DNA of 64,000 nt, from assembly GCA_032718475.1 (NCBI GenBank), contig JAUCBJ010002874.1:42558-106557 (forward strand). Reading direction: 5' to 3'. This document shows positions 28,616 to 41,000 of the stretch, one piece after another. The notes under the pieces are model-generated. The model was not told where the DNA came from, did not search any database, and saw only the letters and a list, made by a program, of their open reading frames with translations. Origin of the DNA: Nemertoderma westbladi (Eukaryota; Animalia; Xenacoelomorpha). Positions within the stretch are counted from its first letter, which is position 1; each line of letters starts with the position of its first letter. A program made the position numbers and the translations under genes.

Positions 28616-30399
28616 TCATAGTAAATGTATGGAGTAGGGAAAGAACGTAGAGGCATTCATAGTAAATGTATGGAGTAGGGAAAGAACGTAGAGGCATTCA
28701 TAGTAAATGTATGGAGTAGGGAAAGAACGTAGAGGCATTCATAGTAAATGTATGGAGTAGGGAAAGAACGTAGAGGCATTCATAGTAAATGTATGGAGTA
28801 GGGAAAGAACGTAGAGGCATTCATAGTAAATGTATGGAGTAGGGAAAGAACGTAGAGGCATTCATAGTAAATGAGGAGGGAGAGAACGTAGAGGCATTCA
28901 TAGTAAATTAGTAGGGAAAGAACGTAGAGGCATTCATAGTAAATGTATGGAGTAGGGAAAGAACGTAGAGGCATTCATAGTAAATGTATGGAGTAGGGAA
29001 AGAACGTAGAGGCATTCATAGTAAATGTATGGAGTAGGGAAAGAACGTAGAGGCATTCATAGTAAATGTATGGAGTAGGGAAAGAACGTAGAGGCATTCA
29101 TAGTAAATGTATGGAGTAGGGAAAGAACGTAGAGGCATTCATAGTAAATGTATGGAGTAGGGAAAGAACGTAGAGGCATTCATAGTAAATGTATGGAGTA
29201 GGGAAAGAACGTAGAGGCATTCATAGTAAATGTATGGAGTAGGGAAAGAACGTAGAGGCATTCATAGTAAATGTATGGAGTAGGGAAAGAACGTAGAGGC
29301 ATTCATAGTAAATGTATGGAGTAGGGAAAGAACGTAGAGGCATTCATAGTAAATGTATGGAGTAGGGAAAGAACGTAGAGGCATTCATAGTAAATGAGGA
29401 GGGAGAGAACGTAGAGGCATTCATAGTAAATGAGTAGGGAAAGAACGTAGAGGCATTCATAGTAAATGTATGGAGTAGGGAAAGAACGTAGAGGCATTCA
29501 TAGTAAATGTATGGAGTAGGGAAAGAACGTAGAGGCATTCATAGTAAATGTATGGAGTAGGGAAAGAACGTAGAGGCATTCATAGTAAATGTATGGAGTA
29601 GGGAAAGAACGTAGAGGCATTCATAGTAAATGAGGAGGGGGAGAACGTAGAGGCATTCATAGTAAATGAGTGGAGTAGGGAAAGAACGTAGAGGCATTCA
29701 TAGTAAATGTATGGAGTAGGGAAAGAACGTAGAGGCATTCATAGTAAATGTATGGAGTAGGGAAAGAACGTAGAGGCATTCATAGTAAATGAGGAGGGAG
29801 AGAACGTAGAGGCATTCATAGTAAATGTATGGAGTAGGGAAAGATCGTAGAGGCATTCATAGTAAATGTATGGAGTAGGGAAAGAACGTAGAGGCATTCA
29901 TAGTAAATGTATGGAGTAGGGAAAGATCGTAGAGGCATTCATAGTAAATGTATGGAGTAGGGAAAGAACGTAGAGGCATTCATAGTAAATGTATGGAGTA
30001 GGGAAAGAACGTAGAGGCATTCATAGTAAATGTATGGAGTAGGGAAAGAACGTAGAGGCATTCATAGTAAATGTATGGAGTAGGGAAAGAACGTAGAGGC
30101 ATTCATAGTAAATGTATGGAGGAGGGAAAGAACGTAGAGGCATTCATAGTAAATGAGTAGGGGGAGAACGTAGAGGCATTCATAGTAAATGTATGGAGTA
30201 GGGAAAGAACGTAGAGGCATTCATAGTAAATGTATGGAGTAGGGAAAGAACGTAGAGGCATTCATAGTAAATGAGTAGGGGGAGAACGTAGAGGCATTCA
30301 TAGTAAATGAGGAGGGAAAGAACGTAGAGGCATTCATAGTAAATGAGGAGGGAGAGAATGTAGAGGCATTCATAGTAAATGTATGGAGTAGGGAAAGAA

Positions 30400-33300
30400 C
30401 GTAGAGGCATTCATAGTAAATGTATGAAGGAGGGAAAGAACGTAGAGGCATTCATAGTAAATGTATGGAGTAGGGAAAGAACGTAGAGGCATTCATAGTA
30501 AATGTATGGAGGAGGGAAAGAACGTAGAGGCATTCATAGTAAATGTATGGAGTAGGGAGAGAACGTAGAGGCATTCATAGTAAATGTATGGAGTAGGGAG
30601 AGAACGTAGAGGCATTCATAGTAAATGTATGGAGTAGGGGGAGAACGTAGAGGCATTCATAGTAAATGTATGGAGTAGGGGGAGAACGTAGAGGCATTCA
30701 TAGTAAATGTATGGAGTAGGGAGAGAACGTAGAGGCATTCATAGTAAATGTATGGAGTAGGGGGAGAACGTAGAGGCATTCATAGTAAATGTATGGAGTA
30801 GGGAGAGAACGTAGAGGCATTCATAGTAAATGTATGAAGGAGGGAATGAAGAACGTAGAGGCATTCATAGTAAATGTATGTAGGAGGGAATGAAGAACGT
30901 AGAGGCATTCATAGTAAATGAGGAGGGAGAGAACGTAGAGGCATTCATAGTAAATGTATGGAGTAGGGAAAGAACGTAGAGGCATTCATAGTAAATGTAT
31001 GGAGTAGGGAATGAAGAACGTAGAGGCATTCATAGTAAATGAGGAGGGAGAGAACGTAGAGGCATTCATAGTAAATGTATGGAGTAGGGAAAGAAGATCG
31101 TAGAGGCATTCATAGTAAATGTATGGAGTAGGGAAAGAACGTAGAGGCATTCATAGTAAATGAGTAGGGGGAGAACGTAGAGGCATTCATAGTAAATGAG
31201 TGGAGTAGGGAAAGAACGTAGAGGCATTCATAGTAAATGTATGAAGGAGGGAAAGAACGTAGAGGCATTCATAGTAAATGTATGGAGTAGGGAAAGAACG
31301 TAGAGGCATTCATAGTAAATGAGTAGGGAAAGAACGTAGAGGCATTCATAGTAAATGTATGGAGTAGGGAAAGAAGAACGTAGAGGCATTCATAGTAAAT
31401 GTATGGAGTAGGGAAAGAACGTAGAGGCATTCATAGTAAATGAGTAGGGAAAGAACGTAGAGGCATTCATAGTAAATGTATGGAGTAGGGAAAGAACGTA
31501 GAGGCATTCATAGTAAATGTATGGAGTAGGGAAAGAACGTAGAGGCATTCATAGTAAATGTATGAAGGAGGGAAAGAACGTAGAGGCATTCATAGTAAAT
31601 GTATGGAGTAGGGAAAGAACGTAGAGGCATTCATAGTAAATGAGTAGGGAAAGAACGTAGAGGCATTCATAGTAAATGTATGGAGTAGGGAAAGAAGAAC
31701 GTAGAGGCATTCATAGTAAATGTATGGAGTAGGGAAAGAACGTAGAGGCATTCATAGTAAATGAGTAGGGAAAGAACGTAGAGGCATTCATAGTAAATGT
31801 ATGGAGTAGGGAAAGAACGTAGAGGCATTCATAGTAAATGTATGGAGTAGGGAAAGAACGTAGAGGCATTCATAGTAAATGAGTAGGGAAAGAACGTAGA
31901 GGCATTCATAGTAAATGTATGGAGTAGGGAAAGAACGTAGAGGCATTCATAGTAAATGTATGGAGTAGGGAAAGAACGTAGAGGCATTCATAGTAAATGT
32001 ATGGAGTAGGGAAAGAACGTAGAGGCATTCATAGTAAATGTATGGAGTAGGGAAAGAACGTAGAGGCATTCATAGTAAATGTATGGAGTAGGGAAAGAAG
32101 ATCGTAGAGGCATTCATAGTAAATGTATGGAGTAGGGAAAGAACGTAGAGGCATTCATAGTAAATGTATGGAGTAGGGAGAGAACGTAGAGGCATTCATA
32201 GTAAATGTATGGAGTAGGGAAAGAACGTAGAGGCATTCATAGTAAATGTATGGAGTAGGGAGAGAACGTAGAGGCATTCATAGTAAATGTATGGAGTAGG
32301 GAAAGAACGTAGAGGCATTCATAGTAAATGTATGGAGTAGGGAAAGAAGATCGTAGAGGCATTCATAGTAAATGTATGGAGTAGGGAAAGAACGTAGAGG
32401 CATTCATAGTAAATGTATGAAGGAGGGAAAGAACGTAGAGGCATTCATAGTAAATGTATGGAGTAGGGAAAGAACGTAGAGGCATTCATAGTAAATGAGT
32501 AGGGAAAGAACGTAGAGGCATTCATAGTAAATGTATGGAGTAGGGAAAGAAGAACGTAGAGGCATTCATAGTAAATGTATGGAGTAGGGAAAGAACGTAG
32601 AGGCATTCATAGTAAATGAGTAGGGAAAGAACGTAGAGGCATTCATAGTAAATGTATGGAGTAGGGAAAGAACGTAGAGGCATTCATAGTAAATGTATGG
32701 AGTAGGGAAAGAACGTAGAGGCATTCATAGTAAATGAGTAGGGAAAGAACGTAGAGGCATTCATAGTAAATGTATGGAGTAGGGAAAGAACGTAGAGGCA
32801 TTCATAGTAAATGTATGGAGTAGGGAAAGAACGTAGAGGCATTCATAGTAAATGTATGGAGTAGGGAAAGAACGTAGAGGCATTCATAGTAAATGAGTAG
32901 GGAAAGAACGTAGAGGCATTCATAGTAAATGTATGGAGTAGGGAAAGAAGAACGTAGAGGCATTCATAGTAAATGTATGGAGTAGGGAAAGAACGTAGAG
33001 GCATTCATAGTAAATGTATGAAGGAGGGAAAGAACGTAGAGGCATTCATAGTAAATGTATGAAGGAGGGAAAGAACGTAGAGGCATTCATAGTAAATGTA
33101 TGGAGTAGGGAAAGAACGTAGAGGCATTCATAGTAAATGAGTAGGGAAAGAACGTAGAGGCATTCATAGTAAATGTATGGAGTAGGGAAAGAAGAACGTA
33201 GAGGCATTCATAGTAAATGTATGGAGTAGGGAAAGAAGAACGTAGAGGCATTCATAGTAAATGTATGGAGTAGGGAAAGAACGTAGAGGCATTCATAGTA

Positions 33301-34640
33301 AATGTATGGAGTAGGGAAAGAACGTAGAGGCATTCATAGTAAATGTATGGAGTAGGGAAAGAACGTAGAGGCATTCATAGTAAATGTATGGAGTAGGGAA
33401 AGAACGTAGAGGCATTCATAGTAAATGAGTAGGGAAAGAACGTAGAGGCATTCATAGTAAATGTATGGAGTAGGGAAAGAAGAACGTAGAGGCATTCATA
33501 GTAAATGTATGGAGTAGGGAAAGAATGTAGAGGCATTCATAGTAAATGTATGGAGTAGGGAAAGAACGTAGAGGCATTCATAGTAAATGTATGAAGGAGG
33601 GAAAGAACGTAGAGGCATTCATAGTAAATGTATGGAGTAGGGAAAGAACGTAGAGGCATTCATAGTAAATGAGTAGGGAAAGAACGTAGAGGCATTCATA
33701 GTAAATGTATGGAGTAGGGAAAGAAGAACGTAGAGGCATTCATAGTAAATGTATGGAGTAGGGAAAGAATGTAGAGGCATTCATAGTAAATGAGTAGGGA
33801 AAGAACGTAGAGGCATTCATAGTAAATGTATGGAGTAGGGAAAGAACGTAGAGGCATTCATAGTAAATGTATGGAGTAGGGAAAGAACGTAGAGGCATTC
33901 ATAGTAAATGAGTAGGGAAAGAACGTAGAGGCATTCATAGTAAATGTATGGAGTAGGGAAAGAACGTAGAGGCATTCATAGTAAATGTATGGAGTAGGGA
34001 AAGAACGTAGAGGCATTCATAGTAAATGTATGGAGTAGGGAAAGAACGTAGAGGCATTCATAGTAAATGTATGGAGTAGGGAAAGAACGTAGAGGCATTC
34101 ATAGTAAATGTATGGAGTAGGGAAAGAAGATCGTAGAGGCATTCATAGTAAATGTATGGAGTAGGGAAAGAACGTAGAGGCATTCATAGTAAATGTATGG
34201 AGTAGGGAGAGAACGTAGAGGCATTCATAGTAAATGTATGGAGTAGGGAAAGAACGTAGAGGCATTCATAGTAAATGTATGGAGTAGGGAGAGAACGTAG
34301 AGGCATTCATAGTAAATGTATGGAGTAGGGAAAGAACGTAGAGGCATTCATAGTAAATGTATGGAGTAGGGAAAGAAGATCGTAGAGGCATTCATAGTAA
34401 ATGTATGGAGTAGGGAAAGAAGATCGTAGAGGCATTCATAGTAAATGTATGGAGTAGGGAAAGAACGTAGAGGCATTCATAGTAAATGTATGGAGTAGGG
34501 AGAGAACGTAGAGGCATTCATAGTAAATGTATGGAGTAGGGAAAGAACGTAGAGGCATTCATAGTAAATGTATGGAGTAGGGAGAGAACGTAGAGGCATT
34601 CATAGTAAATGTATGGAGTAGGGAATGAAGATCGTAGAGG
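30400..34640. repeat. Sub-domain E: 41-mers with 44-bp GGGAAAGAAGA(A/T)CG monomers and single 36-mers; 321-bp 8-mer unit
   Basis: TATGAAGG marker at 31240/31561 (+321 = 5x41+2x36+44). The block near 32100 recurs near 34130 (+2029). Confidence 0.8.
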
Positions 34641-34779
34641 CATTCATAGTAAATGTATGGAGTAGGGAAAGAACGTAGAGGCATTCATAGTAAATGTATG
34701 GAGGAGGGAAAGAACGTAGAGGCATTCATAGTAAATGAGTAGGGAGAGAACGTAGAGGCATTCATAGTAAATGAGTAGG

Positions 34780-35610
34780 GAAAGAACGTAGAGGCATTCA
34801 TAGTAAATGTATGTAGGAATGAACGTAGAGGCATTCATAGTAAATGAGAAGGGAGAGAACGTAGAGGCATTCATAGTAAATGTATGTAGGAATGAACGTA
34901 GAGGCATTCATAGTAAATGAGTAGGGAGAGAACGTAGAGGCATTCATAGTAAATGAGTAGGGGGAGAACGTAGAGGCATTCATAGTAAATGTATGTAGGA
35001 ATGAACGTAGAGGCATTCATAGTAAATGAGTAGGGAGAGAACGTAGAGGCATTCATAGTAAATGAGTAGGGGGAGAACGTAGAGGCATTCATAGTAAATG
35101 AGTGGAGTAGGGAATGAACGTAGAGGCATTCATAGTAAATGAGTAGGGAAAGAACGTAGAGGCATTCATAGTAAATGTATGTAGGAATGAACGTAGAGGC
35201 ATTCATAGTAAATGAGTAGGGAGAGAACGTAGAGGCATTCATAGTAAATGAGTAGGGGGAGAACGTAGAGGCATTCATAGTAAATGAGTGGAGTAGGGAA
35301 TGAACGTAGAGGCATTCATAGTAAATGAGTAGGGAGAGAACGTAGAGGCATTCATAGTAAATGAGTAGGGGGAGAACGTAGAGGCATTCATAGTAAATGA
35401 GTGGAGTAGGGAATGAACGTAGAGGCATTCATAGTAAATGAGTAGGGAAAGAACGTAGAGGCATTCATAGTAAATGTATGTAGGAATGAACGTAGAGGCA
35501 TTCATAGTAAATGAGTAGGGAGAGAACGTAGAGGCATTCATAGTAAATGAGTAGGGGGAGAACGTAGAGGCATTCATAGTAAATGAGTGGAGTAGGGAAT
35601 GAACGTAGAG
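34780..35610. repeat. Sub-domain F: 37-bp TATGTAGGAATGA monomers and GAGTGGAGTAGGGAATGA monomers, 186-bp pentamer
   Basis: 37-mer tail at 34810, 34883, 34992, 35178 and 35477. The spacing 34992-35178 is 186 = 37+36+36+41+36. Confidence 0.88.
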
Positions 35611-36499
35611 GCATTCATAGTAAATGTATGAAGGAGGGAAAGAACGTAGAGGCATTCATAGTAAATGTATGGAGTAGGGAAAGAACGTAGAGGCATTCAT
35701 AGTAAATGAGTAGGGAAAGAACGTAGAGGCATTCATAGTAAATGTATGGAGTAGGGAAAGAACGTAGAGGCATTCATAGTAAATGTATGGAGTAGGGAAA
35801 GAACGTAGAGGCATTCATAGTAAATGAGTAGGGAGAGAACGTAGAGGCATTCATAGTAAATGAGTAGGGAAAGAACGTAGAGGCATTCATAGTAAATGTA
35901 TGGAGTAGGGAAAGAACGTAGAGGCATTCATAGTAAATGTATGGAGTAGGGAAAGAACGTAGAGGCATTCATAGTAAATGTATGGAGTAGGGAAAGAACG
36001 TAGAGGCATTCATAGTAAATGTATGGAGTAGGGAAAGAAGATCGTAGAGGCATTCATAGTAAATGTATGGAGTAGGGAAAGAACGTAGAGGCATTCATAG
36101 TAAATGAGGAGGGAGAGAACGTAGAGGCATTCATAGTAAATGAGTAGGGGGAGAACGTAGAGGCATTCATAGTAAATGAGTAGGGAAAGAACGTAGAGGC
36201 ATTCATAGTAAATGTATGGAGTAGGGAAAGAACGTAGAGGCATTCATAGTAAATGTATGGAGTAGGGAAAGAACGTAGAGGCATTCATAGTAAATGAGGA
36301 GGGAGAGAACGTAGAGGCATTCATAGTAAATGTATGGAGTAGGGAAAGAACGTAGAGGCATTCATAGTAAATGTATGGAGTAGGGAAAGAGCGTAGAGGC
36401 ATTCATAGTAAATGTATGGAGTAGGGAAAGAACGTAGAGGCATTCATAGTAAATGTATGGAGTAGGGAAAGAACGTAGAGGCATTCATAGTAAATGTAT

Positions 36500-39400
36500 G
36501 GAGTAGGGAAAGATCGTAGAGGCATTCATAGTAAATGAGGAGGGAGAGAACGTAGAGGCATTCATAGTAAATGAGTAGGGGGAGAACGTAGAGGCATTCA
36601 TAGTAAATGAGAAGGGAGAGAACGTAGAGGCATTCATAGTAAATGAGTAGGGAAAGAACGTAGAGGCATTCATAGTAAATGTATGGAGTAGGGAAAGAAC
36701 GTAGAGGCATTCATAGTAAATGAGGAGGGAGAGAACGTAGAGGCATTCATAGTAAATGAGAAGGGAGAGAACGTAGAGGCATTCATAGTAAATGAGTAGG
36801 GAAAGAACGTAGAGGCATTCATAGTAAATGAGAAGGGAGAGAACGTAGAGGCATTCATAGTAAATGAGTAGGGAAAGAACGTAGAGGCATTCATAGTAAA
36901 TGAGTAGGGAAAGAACGTAGAGGCATTCATAGTAAATGAGTAGGGAAAGAACGTAGAGGCATTCATAGTAAATGAGTAGGGAAAGAACGTAGAGGCATTC
37001 ATAGTAAATGAGAAGGGAGAGAACGTAGAGGCATTCATAGTAAATGAGTAGGGAAAGAACGTAGAGGCATTCATAGTAAATGTGTAGGGAAAGAACGTAG
37101 AGGCATTCATAGTAAATGTATGGAGTAGGGAAAGAACGTAGAGGCATTCATAGTAAATGAGGAGGGAGAGAACGTAGAGGCATTCATAGTAAATGAGTAG
37201 GGGGAGAACGTAGAGGCATTCATAGTAAATGAGAAGGGAGAGAACGTAGAGGCATTCATAGTAAATGAGTAGGGAAAGAACGTAGAGGCATTCATAGTAA
37301 ATGTATGGAGTAGGGAAAGAACGTAGAGGCATTCATAGTAAATGAGGAGGGAGAGAACGTAGAGGCATTCATAGTAAATGAGAAGGGAGAGAACGTAGAG
37401 GCATTCATAGTAAATGAGTAGGGAAAGAACGTAGAGGCATTCATAGTAAATGAGTAGGGAAAGAACGTAGAGGCATTCATAGTAAATGTATGGAGTAGGG
37501 AAAGAACGTAGAGGCATTCATAGTAAATGAGGAGGGAGAGAACGTAGAGGCATTCATAGTAAATGAGAAGGGAGAGAACGTAGAGGCATTCATAGTAAAT
37601 GAGTAGGGAAAGAACGTAGAGGCATTCATAGTAAATGAGTAGGGAAAGAACGTAGAGGCATTCATAGTAAATGTATGGAGTAGGGAAAGAACGTAGAGGC
37701 ATTCATAGTAAATGTATGGAGTAGGGAAAGAACGTAGAGGCATTCATAGTAAATGTATGGAGTAGGGAAAGAACGTAGAGGCATTCATAGTAAATGTATG
37801 GAGTAGGGAAAGAACGTAGAGGCATTCATAGTAAATGTATGGAGTAGGGAAAGAACGTAGAGGCATTCATAGTAAATGTATGGAGTAGGGAAAGAACGTA
37901 GAGGCATTCATAGTAAATGTATGGAGTAGGGAAAGAACGTAGAGGCATTCATAGTAAATGTATGGAGTAGGGAAAGAACGTAGAGGCATTCATAGTAAAT
38001 GTATGGAGTAGGGAAAGAACGTAGAGGCATTCATAGTAAATGTATGGAGTAGGGAAAGAAGACGTAGAGGCATTCATAGTAAATGTATGGAGTAGGGAAA
38101 GAACGTAGAGGCATTCATAGTAAATGAGGAGGGAGAGAACGTAGAGGCATTCATAGTAAATGAGAAGGGAGAGAACGTAGAGGCATTCATAGTAAATGTA
38201 TGGAGGAGGGAAAGAAGAACGTAGAGGCATTCATAGTAAATGTATGGAGTAGGGAAAGAACGTAGAGGCATTCATAGTAAATGAGGAGGGAGAGAACGTA
38301 GAGGCATTCATAGTAAATGAGTAGGGAGAGAACGTAGAGGCATTCATAGTAAATGAGGAGGGAGAGAACGTAGAGGCATTCATAGTAAATGTATGGAGTA
38401 GGGAAAGAACGTAGAGGCATTCATAGTAAATGAGGAGGGAGAGAACGTAGAGGCATTCATAGTAAATGAGTAGGGAGAGAACGTAGAGGCATTCATAGTA
38501 AATGAGGAGGGAGAGAACGTAGAGGCATTCATAGTAAATGTATGGAGTAGGGAAAGAACGTAGAGGCATTCATAGTAAATGAGGAGGGAGAGAACGTAGA
38601 GGCATTCATAGTAAATGAGAAGGGAGAGAACGTAGAGGCATTCATAGTAAATGAGGAGGGAGAGAACGTAGAGGCATTCATAGTAAATGAGTAGGGAAAG
38701 AACGTAGAGGCATTCATAGTAAATGAGTAGGGAAAGAACGTAGAGGCATTCATAGTAAATGTATGGAGTAGGGAAAGAACGTAGAGGCATTCATAGTAAT
38801 TGATGGAGGAGGGAGAGAACGTAGAGGCATTCATAGTAAATGAGAAGGGAGAGAACGTAGAGGCATTCATAGTAAATGAGTAGGGAAAGAACGTAGAGGC
38901 ATTCATAGTAAATGAGTAGGGAAAGAACGTAGAGGCATTCATAGTAAATGAGGAGGGAGAGAACGTAGAGGCATTCATAGTAAATGAGTAGGGAAAGAAC
39001 GTAGAGGCATTCATAGTAAATGAGTAGGGAAAGAACGTAGAGGCATTCATAGTAAATGAGTAGGGAAAGAACGTAGAGGCATTCATAGTAAATGAGGAGG
39101 GAGAGAACGTAGAGGCATTCATAGTAAATGAGAAGGGAGAGAACGTAGAGGCATTCATAGTAAATGAGTAGGGAAAGAACGTAGAGGCATTCATAGTAAA
39201 TGAGGAGGGAGAGAACGTAGAGGCATTCATAGTAAATGAGAAGGGAGAGAACGTAGAGGCATTCATAGTAAATGAGTAGGGAAAGAACGTAGAGGCATTC
39301 ATAGTAAATGAGTAGGGAAAGAACGTAGAGGCATTCATAGTAAATGAGGAGGGAGAGAACGTAGAGGCATTCATAGTAAATGAGTAGGGAGAGAACGTAG

Positions 39401-41000
39401 AGGCATTCATAGTAAATGTATGGAGTAGGGAAAGAACGTAGAGGCATTCATAGTAAATGAGGAGGGAGAGAACGTAGAGGCATTCATAGTAAATGAGTAG
39501 GGAAAGAACGTAGAGGCATTCATAGTAAATGAGTAGGGAAAGAACGTAGAGGCATTCATAGTAAATGAGTAGGGAAAGAACGTAGAGGCATTCATAGTAA
39601 ATGTATGGAGTAGGGAAAGAACGTAGAGGCATTCATAGTAAATGAGGAGGGAGAGAACGTAGAGGCATTCATAGTAAATGAGTAGGGAGAGAACGTAGAG
39701 GCATTCATAGTAAATGAGTAGGGAAAGAACGTAGAGGCATTCATAGTAAATGAGTAGGGAAAGAACGTAGAGGCATTCATAGTAAATGTATGGAGTAGGG
39801 AAAGAACGTAGAGGCATTCATAGTAAATGAGGAGGGAGAGAACGTAGAGGCATTCATAGTAAATGAGAAGGGAGAGAACGTAGAGGCATTCATAGTAAAT
39901 GAGTAGGGAAAGAACGTAGAGGCATTCATAGTAAATGAGTAGGGAAAGAACGTAGAGGCATTCATAGTAAATGTATGGAGTAGGGAAAGAACGTAGAGGC
40001 ATTCATAGTAAATGTATGGAGGAGGGAAAGAACGTAGAGGCATTCATAGTAAATGTATGGAGTAGGGAAAGAACGTAGAGGCATTCATAGTAAATGTATG
40101 GAGTAGGGAAAGAACGTAGAGGCATTCATAGTAAATGAGGAGGGAGAGAACGTAGAGGCATTCATAGTAAATGAGAAGGGAGAGAACGTAGAGGCATTCA
40201 TAGTAAATGAGTAGGGAAAGAACGTAGAGGCATTCATAGTAAATGAGGAGGGAGAGAACGTAGAGGCATTCATAGTAAATGAGAAGGGAGAGAACGTAGA
40301 GGCATTCATAGTAAATGAGTAGGGGGAGAACGTAGAGGCATTCATAGTAAATGAGGAGGGAAAGAACGTAGAGGCATTCATAGTAAATGAGAAGGGAGAG
40401 AACGTAGAGGCATTCATAGTAAATGAGTAGGGAAAGAACGTAGAGGCATTCATAGTAAATGAGTAGGGAAAGAACGTAGAGGCATTCATAGTAAATGAGT
40501 AGGGAAAGAACGTAGAGGCATTCATAGTAAATGTATGGAGTAGGGAAAGAACGTAGAGGCATTCATAGTAAATGAGGAGGGAGAGAACGTAGAGGCATTC
40601 ATAGTAAATGAGAAGGGAGAGAACGTAGAGGCATTCATAGTAAATGAGTAGGGAAAGAACGTAGAGGCATTCATAGTAAATGAGGAGGGAGAGAACGTAG
40701 AGGCATTCATAGTAAATGAGAAGGGAGAGAACGTAGAGGCATTCATAGTAAATGAGTAGGGAAAGAACGTAGAGGCATTCATAGTAAATGTATGGAGTAG
40801 GGAAAGAACGTAGAGGCATTCATAGTAAATGTATGGAGTAGGGAAAGAACGTAGAGGCATTCATAGTAAATGAGGAGGGAGAGAACGTAGAGGCATTCAT
40901 AGTAAATGAGAGAGGGAGAGAACGTAGAGGCATTCATAGTAAATGAGTAGGGAAAGAACGTAGAGGCATTCATAGTAAATGAGGAGGGAGAGAACGTAGA
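36500..41000. repeat. Sub-domain G: 36-bp-dominated block with 185-bp (41+4x36) and 149-bp (41+3x36) units
   Basis: ORF ends step by 185 (37107/37292/37477; 39407/39592/39777) and by 149 (38231/38380/38529). There are 16 consecutive 36-mers at 38819-39394. Confidence 0.9.
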
